Source: Phyllosticta citribraziliensis (lineage: Eukaryota). Taken from it: a DNA stretch of 64,000 nt. Under the pieces are notes generated by a model. It did not search any database. It had not been told where the DNA came from and was given only the letters and a program-made list of their open reading frames with translations. Below, in pieces: positions 51,201-61,193 of the stretch. The stretch spans positions 1,426,001 through 1,490,000 of the forward strand of contig NW_027117348.1 of assembly GCF_038025025.1 (NCBI RefSeq). Direction: 5' to 3'. The stretch's first letter is position 1. The number at the start of each line of letters is the position of its first letter. The position numbers and the translations under genes were made by a program.

Positions 51201-52913
51201 CAAAACATCCGCTGCCGGCACATGCACGCCATGGCGGAGGCGGAGGTGGCGGAAGACCAGGCAGGGATGCGATGTCAGGTAGGGTAGAGGGAACCGGGTT
51301 GGATTCTGAATTCTGAGTGTGACCGAGTCGCGCAAGGTTGGCTTGCTTGCTGGCGGGACCTTGTGCACTTTTTTTTTTTTTTTTCCTGCGCTCAGCTTGG
51401 GCTGGTTGTATTTTTGGATTGGGTTGTGGGAGAGACTGTCTTGGCCAAGTACTCTTGTCTGTGTGCTAGCATGGCGTTTTCGTGTATGGGCAACAGCATG
51501 GCCGAACTGTGTGACGTGTGAAGTTTTGAGCCATGGCTGTTGCCAATGTCGTCAACCGGCACAAGAATGGTGCGCGGCGCTGACGGGCTGTGTACTCAGG
51601 CGGACGCCGTGACGTGTGTGGGGCTGAAGAGTTGACACCATGAAAGAAAGCGGTCATAAGGCTGAGGCGGAGTTCCACAAGGCGCAGCGCAGCGTAGCAT
51701 CCGTCTTCGGCTTGCCGAAACACTTCGGCGTGAGACGTCTAGGAAATGTTGCACTTACCGCGTTCAGTTCTCCCAAATTGCCTTCCTTTGCAAAGTGTGC
51801 ACTCAGGCTAGCTTTACTGCTGCCTGCGGCGACACCGCAAAGCGCTCTCAGAATACTGGCAAGGCTGAGCACGGTAGTGCGAGGAACTCCTGCTGGGACT
51901 CCAGGGGAAATCATGTCGAGAAGCATGCCGGTATCGTTGAAAAAGTCGGCGGCGAGTCGCCAGGACTTGCATTCGGGTTCAAGAGCAGTGCCTAGGCGAG
52001 CGGCAAAGAGAATCGTTGCTACGCGTCCAGCAGAGGATTGAATGACGGAGAGGAGAAGCGCCTTGGTGGGTGTGGCATTCACGTCACCAACGCCAACACC
52101 TAAGCGGAGACTGTCAGAACTCGAATGGGCGGGCCGTGTATGGTTGAGAGTAAGAAAGGCCAGGATGAAGATGCAATGGCCATTTTTGAAGGAGAATTCA
52201 TACCTTCAAGGACAGCTCTTGACGATAGCATTCCAGCAATGGAACTCGAAAATGCCTGGAGAGAGTCCTGCGACGAAAGAATATGTTAGCTATTCCGCAT
52301 GGCCGCGCACCGAGGCACATAGACCGTCGCTGTAGCATGGCGAAGACGAAGAGATACTTGCATAGATCTGGTAGCTAAAAATGGCACATTCAGTCAACAA
52401 TCATCCTGACGGGTGTGGATGGATGATGTCTGTAACGGGAACATTGAAAGTCCCAATGATTGGTGGATTGGACTGTAAGAATGGCACATACGGTAGATAG
52501 TCCTCTGTCACACTCTGAGGATAACCAGCGGGAAGAAAGACATCCAGGATGACTTGAAAAATATTCTTGCGTTCTTCAGGGAGCTATACGAGATTGTTAG
52601 AGACATCTTCATGGCTTAAGGTATCGTTGCGTGAGCCGCATGTGACTTGGGCAGACGTGTCGAATTGACAAAGTTGTGGGAAGGAGGATTAATGTGTCGG
52701 ATGTCCGATAAAAGAGAGATGGGTAGACAACCAAGACTCGAGAGAATCAACGTGATGGAAGTTTGCTGATGTGCTGAGGAGTACGGACGCGATGGGTACA
52801 CTCACAATGACGTCTACGCGGTTGTTGTCGCCGCTCTCGACATACGTTGTAATGACGTTTCCGGCATCGTCGTATTCAATGATTTCGACCTTAGTCGACG
52901 AGTAAGAAGCCAT
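46445..52913 (-). CDS. RUS1/DUF647 family protein (7 exons, two very long introns)
   Basis: Spliced product contains VFLPAGYPQSVTEDYLP|YQIY|DSLQAFSSSIAGML, EPECKSWRLAADFFND, LCGVAAGSSKASLSAHFAKEGNLGELNA|KDSSQETVISLMGML|AGSVVV and HLWTNYMAVRSVAMRSLNRQRA. Exons: 52913-52806, ~52583-52492, 52374-52362, 52267-52204, 52099-51759, 50321-50277, 47449-46445. Confidence 0.88.
48164..48202. repeat. (CTG)13 microsatellite inside the long RUS1 intron
   Basis: Read directly from the sequence. Confidence 0.95.
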
Positions 52914-53381
52914 CTTCAAGTCGTGTGTCGCATCTGCTCCCGGTGGTGGACTTTCAATGGTTGGATGGCGGAGGTGTCGAGTGCAAGTCGAAATTGGCTA
53001 CGTAGCGGCTCTGACAAGAAACGGCAACGGCGGGCGCCACGTTTTATACCGCAGAGCCCCAACGAAAGATGCGCTTAACCAGCACAAAATTAACGAGGCT
53101 CAAGAAATCCTGGACTACTTGCAAAAACCAGAGTTTGATAGATTAATGGACCTGGTGTCGAAAACAAAACTCGTGGCCGCTCTTTGGAGCTCGCTTGCAA
53201 GGATGGACAGCGGTCGCGCTGATGCGTGCACGACGGCCTTTCAGCCCAAGCGCTGCGGTCATGGTGAAATCAATTGAAGCCGCCATGCTTCGAAGTCGGT
53301 CATTTCCTCGCTACTTGATAAAAGTACAAACGCTCAATCCTTCCCGGCTGTGAAACGAAATTTTGTAGAGCGAACTGACGT

Positions 53382-54440
53382 CTAACCCGGAGGCAGCAAG
53401 CTCTGGTCGACCACGTCTTCAATCTCCTTCTCCTGCACCTCATCAGGTCCCGCCAGTGGTGAGCGAGGCAGCGCCATCAATCCTAGTCTCTGTTAGCGCT
53501 TGGAACGGTTGAATCAGTCAATACACTCACCAGTCCTGGCAGATTCGAGAATGCCAAAGGGAGCAATCAGTTTCATAAACGAGTCAATCCTGGCAGGCTT
53601 GGCCGAAACCTCGACAATGCAGTTGCTGGTGCTAATGTCCAGAACCTTGCCACCAAACTGGTGAGCCAGGTGGGTAATGGCCTCCAAATGCTCGTGCTTG
53701 TGTCTCAAGGCCTGGCTAGCGGCGAGCTTGCTGGGGTGGAAGTCCTTCTTAAGTGAGTTCTGAGCAGCCTCTTCCACCGCCTGCTGCTTGGCCAGCTTCT
53801 CCGCCATGTTACTTTCGGCGCTCTCAGTGTCCTGAACGAAGCCAGGGGAGTCGACCATCTCCCGGTGGTGGTTCATGAGTTCCTCAAAGTATTCAGGACC
53901 CAGAATGGAGATCTTGGCGAGGAGCAGCTCACGCTGAACCAGAGGAGCCTGGGTGTAGTCGAGGACTGCCCAAACGGGGACGAGATCCTCGAGTTGGCGA
54001 CGCGCTTGCTCGACGACGCCATCCTGACCTTGCAACACAATGGTCATGCGCGAGAGGTCAGGAACCTCGGTGTTGCAGACGACGAGACTATCAATGTTGA
54101 ACCCGCGGGCGGCGAGAATGCCAGAGACGCGTGAGAGCACACCGGGCTCGTTCTGGACTAGACAGTTCAAAACATGGCGCTTGGGCGGGGCGCGCGACGG
54201 AATTGGCGTCTCGTAGAGGATGCTGCTGACGGCGGCAGGAGCCGACCAGGAGGGCGGAGAGTCGCTGGTAGGAAGAGGGTTGATGCGGCGGTGGAGGGCC
54301 TTGTATGCGAGAGCTTGGGTCGACGAGGACGAAGGTTGGTGCCGCGGACGGACGCACTGCGTGGTGAAGGCCGGACGAGCTGCTGGCTTTTCGAGCGCGG
54401 AGCGCAGGGGCAGAGCATTCAATGCTCGCCTGGAAGCCAT
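53382..54440 (-). CDS. ILV6: Acetolactate synthase small (regulatory) subunit, mitochondrial, 2 exons
   Basis: HVLNCLVQNEPGVLSRVSGILAARGFNIDSLVVCNTEV, QARRQLEDLVPVWAVLDY and FGILESART|GLMALPRSPL..LPPG*. Confidence 0.95.
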
Positions 54441-54700
54441 GTTGGCGAATGGATTCCCCTCAAAGAATGGAAGAGGGCGCGTTTTGGAGAGTTGCGGGGA
54501 ATTGTGGTGTTGAGGGAAGCAAGACCAGTCAGAAGCCAGTGATTGTCCAAAATCCGCCGAGCCCGACTTCGGCGCTGTCGGCGGCAGAACCGGAACCACA
54601 AAGGCGGTGAGGTGAGGTCGGCGCCGCGTCTTGAGCGCGAGCTGCCCGCTCGTCAAGCTGCTTCAAACTTCACTCCCCACCACTCTCCATCACTGCAACC

Positions 54701-56672
54701 ATGACCGAAGAAGGTCGCAAGCGTTCGCGCTTCGATCAGACCGAGCCCGAGCCCAAGCGCCGCGAGTCGCGCTTCGACCGCCGTTCACGATCACCCTCTG
54801 GCCGAAACTCTGACCGCCGTCGCAGTCGCAGTCCCATAGACCGTCTAGCCAGCGATAGTCCCGCAACCGCCGAGAGAAAGGATCCCCAGGCCGCCGCCGC
54901 CGCAGCCGCCGCTCGCATCAACGCTCAAATCCAGGCGAAAAAGGGAATCCAACATGTCGACGTGCCGCCGATCCGCTCGGTATGTCCCCGCGGCCGTCGT
55001 ATGATGCCGACTAACATGAATACAGACTGCGAGCCCGGCCGCCGTCAAATCTCCCTCCGACCCTGACGCGCGCCCCGAAGGCGAGGTATACGAGCAGGAT
55101 GGCGATTACATCAAGGACATAGAAGTCAATGACCTCCGCAACCGCTACCTACTGACCAAGGGGGCAACTCAAAAAATGGTAAATACTTCTGATCATAGCC
55201 TACTGATGGTCCTAGGACGAGCACTACACACATCCCATCATCCAAGCACTGTTCTGCGAGGTCCCCACCTGTCTCATTTCAAACTTGTTTGGAAGCGCGC
55301 AAAAGCTCACTTTTAGCCTCTTTTAGTCGCTGTTCCCAGCGCTCCCCATTTGGCACCTGCTAACCTCACCCGTGTGACATTTAGATTAAAGAGGATACTG
55401 GCGCCGGTACGCTTCACCTAATATTCGTTTGAGTATAGGATGTCTTACTGAATGTGTAAAGATGTCACAACCCGGGGAGAGTACTACCCCGACAAGAGCC
55501 TGGTCAAGCCCGGTGTAAGTCTGCCTGCTTCGAATCGATGTTCCGGCTAACAATGACAGGTGCCTCCGCTTTACCTCCACGTCACGAGCACGACAAAGGA
55601 AGGCCTCGAAACAGCTGTGGCCAAAATTGAAGAGTTGATGAAGCAGGAGCTCCCGAACTTGGTCGACGAGCGGCGTTTCCGTCGGAGGGAGCCGGAGCAA
55701 AACGTCGAGCGTGACGAATTTGGAAGAGTAATGCCGACTATCAAGGCTTGCAGACAAATGCTGACAATCGGCAGCGCAAATGGCCCGAGGAAAAAATCCC
55801 CGTGGACCTCGAGCCGATTCCTGGCTTCAACCTCCGCGCGCAAGTCGTAGGTCATGGCGGCGCTTACGTCAAGCACATTCAGCAAGAGACTCGCTGCCGC
55901 GTCCAGATCAAGGGCCGCGGCTCTGGCTTCATCGAGCACAGCACTGGCCAAGAGAGTGATGAGCCCATGTACCTTCACGTTGCGTAAGTACAGAAACCGC
56001 ATTTTTGGCAGCTGATCCTAATCCAAGCAGCGGGCCCGTCCCAGACGACGTCCAGCGCGCGAGGGAGCTCTGTGAAGACCTTCTCGCCAACGTTCGCCAG
56101 CAGTATGAGCAGTTCAAGGAGCGTGGCCCTCGCAGAGGCTACGGCGGCGGCGATCGTTACGAGGGCGGCGGAAGAAACGGAGGCGGTCGCCACGATAGCT
56201 ACAGCAGCAGCAGCTACGCTGGCTACGGAAACAACAGCTACGGCGGCAACAGCCAGTATGGCGGACAGCAGTCTCCAGCTGGCCAGCAGTCTGCCATGAG
56301 TCCTACGTCGCAAACCGCACCCGGCGCTGCCACAGCTGCCCCCGACTACAGCGCTCAGTACGCCCAGTACTACGGCGGCCAAGACCCTTATGCTGCCTAC
56401 GGCGGCTACCAGGCCTACATGACCATGTACTGGCAGTACTATGCCCAACAACAGGGAACTGGATCAAACTCTGGTACCCCGGCTCCAGCAACTTCTGAAG
56501 CCCCTCCCCCGCCTCCTGGCTCTGCCCCGCCGCCCCCGCCGCCCGGTGAGGCTCCTCCGCCACCACCTCCTTCTGGCTCTCCTCCAGGTGGATACAGTGC
56601 CGTAAGTTTGGTTGCTGATTTCGTGTCGTACTGATCTCACATTCCTAGGTGCCTCCACCTCCTGGCCTGTAA
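54701..56672 (+). CDS. KH-domain RNA-binding/splicing protein (KHDC4/BLOM7-like), about 8 exons
   Basis: RS-rich start, AAAAAARINAQI, KDIEVNDLRNRYLLTKGATQKM|IKEDTGA|DVTTRGEYYPDK, PPLYLHVTS, GFNLRAQVVGHGGAYVKHIQQETRCRVQIKGRGSGF, then a Gly/Tyr and Pro-rich tail. Confidence 0.9.
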
Positions 56673-57172
56673 ATGTTCCATTCGGGTAGGAGACGAGTCT
56701 CAGATGATACCTCGAGTGGGGAGACTGACGATGATGCGTCCAAGCCAGAAGTCTATAGCATGCTAGTGCTCAAAAATTGGATTTGGTAATCCGGAGTTGG
56801 GAGGCAGGGCTGCATGGTCACCAGTGTTCGTCCAAGGTTTAGTATTCATGGCAAACACATGGCTCGCAATTGAGTCGACCGTCTGAAAGCACTGGATGCA
56901 ATGTGACAAGCAGCCACATGTTGCCTAAATTACGCCCCACTTTTACAAGGCATCATCCGCAATGGCTCCATTGCTATCACTAGAGGCACCACTACTGACA
57001 TTTCAATGAACCAAGTGTGTAAAGGCTGGGTTGATTTCAACTGACAGAATCGCGTGGTTGCCTTGGAGTGTTTGATATATTTACTGTAGTCTTGGCCTTC
57101 AATCCATACCACTGTCCAATCCACCTCACATTCTCTCAATTATTTCTTCATATCTTGATATCAAGCTTCAGA

Positions 57173-58004
57173 ATGGGCAAGCGCGTCTCCAGAAACAACA
57201 AGAAAACCATCGACAAGATCAAACGCCTTCTCAAGTGCGCAACACAAACCCAAGCTCCTCAGGATATAAGTTGCTGACGCTCGCAGGGGCCCCACCGTCA
57301 ACCTCATCGTTGGCCGCGAGCAGCAAGCATTCACCGTCCATCGAACGCTTCTCTGCCGACAATCCCGCTTCTTCATCAACGCATTCACCGGGCCATGGAG
57401 CGAAGGACGCACCGGAGCCATGAGACTGCCCGACGTCGAGCCAGAAATCATGAGCGCCTTTGTCGACTGGCTCTACACCGCAAAGCCCCCGCATGCCGAA
57501 ATCGCCCTCGACCTCTACGTCTTCGCCGACTGCTATCAGATGCACCGGCTGAAGAACGCCATTGTGACGTCTCTCTACGCCCATTGGACCGAGTGGAACG
57601 ACATCCTGGGGCAAGTCGAGGTCAAGATGGACACGCTCCCCGGCGCGCAGCAACTCCACTTTGCTATGGACAACCTTCCAGAGACGAGTCCGCTGCTGCA
57701 ACTCATGTTCGCCATTCACGCCAATTGGAGCGGCAAGATGCCCGAGGGCCACGACTGGGAGGAGCTCAAGGACGCCATGTGTCGCTTGGTGAGGTACTTG
57801 CCGTGGAGGCCCAGGGATCTCAAGACAAAGTCTGGCTACTTGGAGGAGGAGGAGGGGTTGGGGAAGAGGTGGCGGGGGGCTAGGGAAGACGTTGTCAGGG
57901 CTCATGTCTGCAAGAAGATGAAGGTAGAGGACGATGAGGACGATGCTGGGTTTGCGTTGGCTGAATGCCGAATAGGAACGATCACCAATGCCACTTCTTT
58001 GTAG
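57173..58004 (+). CDS. BTB/POZ-domain protein (copy A), one intron near the 5' end
   Basis: GPTVNLIVGREQQAFTVHRTLLCRQSRFFINAFTGPWSEG..MRLPDVEPEIMSAFVDWLY..LYVFADCYQMHRLKN. Intron gtgcgc..gctgac..cag. Confidence 0.88.
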
Positions 58005-58349
58005 CTTCGAAACCGGCAACCAAGGAGCCATCGCGCAAAGGCGTGTTGAAATTCATCAGCAGTAGACGGCAGCATCCATTTGCGGCTAGATCTTCAGAAT
58101 CTCTTCGTCGTTTCTCTCCCAGATATTTGGCTGCTCTTCCTTTCTGCTTTCCAATCACTGCTCCAGTGGCTATTTTTTCCAAGAGTGTTCATCTGTAGAC
58201 AATTTAAGAAGCCTCTCGCTTTTCTGCCTCGTGGGGTGGCGGGACTGGCGGAGCGGCGGACATGGCTTCACGTTTGCTGGGATTGCTGCATATCACCGCT
58301 GGTAATTAGGACTTCTGAATTACGCTGCACCCTGTCTGGAAAGCGGACT

Positions 58350-58750
58350 GATCCGCGTCTTTCTGCGGCTGTTTTGCTTGCGTTTTGCTGAAGAAAAAGA
58401 AGCATCTTTTACGCTTCCGGAATCTGATTCCGAGGTCGTCGAAAGCTTCATCATCTGGGCATACAATAAAGGCCTCAGTAGTGGATGGGCTAGGAGCAGA
58501 GTGATTATTTGTTTAGCACCTACGAAAGCCAGTTCGATCGTACTCATTGTCAGGCAGTACATTCAACGGCGTGTAGAGGCCCCGTCTCAGGGATCTTGCC
58601 GCCGCTGCCGTTCAGGTCCTGACTTAACACTGAGGTATTGCTTTAACACTGCGGCGCGGGACCACCGCCTGCTGCGCCCTCCTCCGGACCATGAGACTCC
58701 CCCATACCACCGTTCTGGCCATCTCTTTCGACTGGGCGCTTCGGTTACCT
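58350..58750 (+). pseudogene. Degenerate BTB fragments
   Basis: RFAEEKEASFTLPESDSEVVESFIIWAYN matches the BTB core of the neighbours, and RTMRLPH..FDW near 58690 resembles copy A. No coherent gene model could be built. Confidence 0.55.
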
Positions 58751-59066
58751 CTCGCACCACTGTCTTGGCACGGCAGCGCACACTCTACTATATAATCCGG
58801 ATCGCCATGACAACAACCTCCAGCTCCTCTTCCTCTTCGCCTTCTACGAGCTCCACTTGACGACCAAGGGGCTTCCTTCTCATCTTCTCTGAGATTTGCG
58901 ATCACAGCGCCTCGCAACATCCATATCCTCGCTTGAACATCCAAAGGTACCTCGAAGTGCGCGTGTCCTCCCTCAAAAATACAGACACTCGCTAACACAA
59001 ACCCCATTTTCTAGCTCGGATCGCGTATTCCGTCTCATTCTTGCGTCGTTTCCCGGAGTCTCCAAC

Positions 59067-59857
59067 ATGAGTCAACAAATTTCGACTGTCGTCTACACTG
59101 CGGGTTGTTTCAAGCCAACGTGAGTGGTTCACCCCGAGGTCTACATTGAGAAAGGCACTAACGTCAGCACAGTGGACCCAAGGTCAAATTGGTGGTTGGC
59201 CAGGAGCGCAAGGTTTTCACCGCTCACTGCGAACTCCTCTCTCGTCACTCGCCGGTCTTCCGTAGCGCCCTCACCGGACCCTGGACCGAAGCGACGACCC
59301 GCACTCTCGAGCTCCCAGACTCCGATCCTGACGTTGTCGATGTCTTCCTCCTCTGGGCGTACAAAGGCTACTTGCTCGGTCCCATGTTCGCCTTTGAGCT
59401 TTACGTGTTCTCAGACAAGTACCAGATCCCGCTCTTGAAGATCGACGCGGCGCACACCCTGTACTGGCACTGGACCAGCTGGAACCACGCCTCCAAGAAG
59501 CAGATCGTCGTCCAGGAGGCCGTTCCCGAAGCCGAGACCGTTCAATTTGCCATCGACAATCTTCCGCAGACAAACCGTATCCTCCAGCTTCTGCGCGTCG
59601 TTGTAAACCTCTGGGATGGCCAAGGAGTCGAGTACCAGGAGTGGGTGCAGATGCGCCTTGCCAGGACACGTCTTTTCCAGACCGGTCCTTACGGACCTGT
59701 TGACAGGATCGCCAAGGAGCACATTTACACCGCCGATGCGAAGCACAAGGGCTCGTTCATCAACTGTCCCCGTGCTGCTACTACCACGCTGAAGGCATGT
59801 TACAACTGTCTTTGGCTGGCTGGTGAGAAGCCTTGGCTCGTCAACGACGAGAATTGA
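59067..59857 (+). CDS. BTB/POZ-domain protein (copy B) with Cys-containing C-terminal module, one intron (59120..59172)
   Basis: GPKVKLVVGQERKVFTAHCELLSRHSPVFRSALTGPWTEA..LELPDSDPDVVDVFLLWAY..LYVFSDKYQIPLLK. Intron gtgagt..actaac..cag. Confidence 0.88.
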
Positions 59858-60114
59858 GAGCGCACTGGTGCAATTCGGGGACAAACTTGTCTCGAGGGAA
59901 GGAAGCCATCGCTGGCATGAAGGTTGTGGGATTCGGAGGACAGGTCAACGGTCCCAGGGCAACGAGCAGCCAGACGAATCGGAAAGGCAGAGGAGGGGGC
60001 GGGTTGGCGGGGCTTCTGGCATATGGTTCTACGAATAAGAGCCACGACCAATTGTATAAAAACTGCGGCTTGAATTGGGGTAGGGAGTTGGTAGGAGTAT
60101 AAAAGCAACAAAAA

Positions 60115-60423
60115 CTGCCATCGACAATCTTTCAGAGAGCAACCGCATCGTCCAGCTCCATCCACTATCTCTGGGCCGGTCGCCTCGCTGACCGTCGCTA
60201 CACTACAGCGATGAGGCGTGCTCGGTCCCGCTTGTTTGCCACCGTCGCCTTCGGTCCTCTTGATAAGATTGGACCAGCCGACACTTACTCCAACGATGCC
60301 AAGCCCAAGGGTCCATTCCTTGGCTGTCCCTATGCCGCAAAGAGCACCAAAAATATGATTGCGTGCTATGACTGTCTTTGGCTGGGTCAGGCGAAGCCAT
60401 GGCTCGTCAACAAGAGGGCCTGA
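60115..60423 (+). pseudogene. BTB-less C-terminal cassette 1 (open 70-aa module 60211..60423)
   Basis: Collinear with the last ~100 codons of copy B. A frameshifting deletion lies upstream of the conserved Met, and the module itself is intact. Confidence 0.75.
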
Positions 60424-60659
60424 GGGCTCGAGGGGCACTGGTTGGGGGTCTCTTTCGGAAGAAGGGAACAGCAGTGGGCTACCTGCAGGCTTGGGGAAAA
60501 GCAGCGGATGGCTAGACAAATTCGAAGGGTGAAGGAAGGTGGCGGGCTGTCTGGTCCTCTGGCATTGAGTTCGTTCCACCGAAAGGAACTCAACCAAGGT
60601 GTAGCATTTGGAGCGAGTATTGGGATCGAAAAAGGGTTGGAGTAGTATAGAAACAGAAA

Positions 60660-61193
60660 ATTGCCGTCGATAGTCTCCCAGAGACAGACCGCGTCCTTCA
60701 GCTTCTCCGCGTCGTCCACAATCTCTGGGTCTTTCGCCTTTCTGGCCGTCGTTATACTCCAGCGATGAGGGGCGCCAGGTCCCGCTTGTTCTCAACTACG
60801 CCGTACGGCCCCGTCGACACTAGGACTCAGCGCATCGCTCCGGCGGTGATCCTGGACGCGAAGATCATTCAATTTGCCCTCGATAACCTTCCAGAGAACG
60901 ACTGGATCATTCAGCTGATCCGTGTTGTCCACGCTCTCTAGGAGTGTCGTCTCTCCGACCGCCGTGATACTCGAGTGATGAGGACCGCCAGGGCCCGCTT
61001 GTTCTCTACGACACGGTACAGCCCCACGGATAGGATTGGGTCTGCCTATTCCTACTACGCCGCTGACACCAAGCACAAGGGCGCGATTCTTGGTTGTCCG
61101 CATGCCTTGACGTCTCAGATTGACATCAAGGCGTGCTTCAACTGCCTGTCGCTCGCCGAAGGGAAGCCCTGGCTGATGAACGGAGCGCTCTAA
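60660..61193 (+). pseudogene. BTB-less C-terminal cassettes 2 (truncated) and 3, fused in one frame; open module 60975..61193
   Basis: AVDSLPETDRVLQLLRVVHNLW..MRGARSRLFSTTPYGPVD runs into QFALDNLPENDWIIQLIRVVHAL*..MRTARARLF..KACFNCLSLAEGKPWLMN, with a single TAG at 60939. Confidence 0.75.

Noticed and set aside
47450..51758. TPP riboswitch or box C/D snoRNA in the long RUS1 introns
   Set aside because: No GCTGAGA..GAACCTGATC..TAATGCC core and no convincing C/D pair with a terminal stem on the sense strand by eye. An Rfam scan would be decisive.
52957..53277. 106-aa ORF between the RUS1 start and the ILV6 stop
   Set aside because: It occupies the RUS1 promoter and ILV6 3'UTR space, with no homology recognised.
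55203..55222. Hammerhead-ribozyme-like string CTGATG-GTCC-TA-GGAC-GAGC
   Set aside because: It lacks the conserved A9 and the GAAA core, and I could not form stems I and III. Kept only as part of the structured-intron finding.
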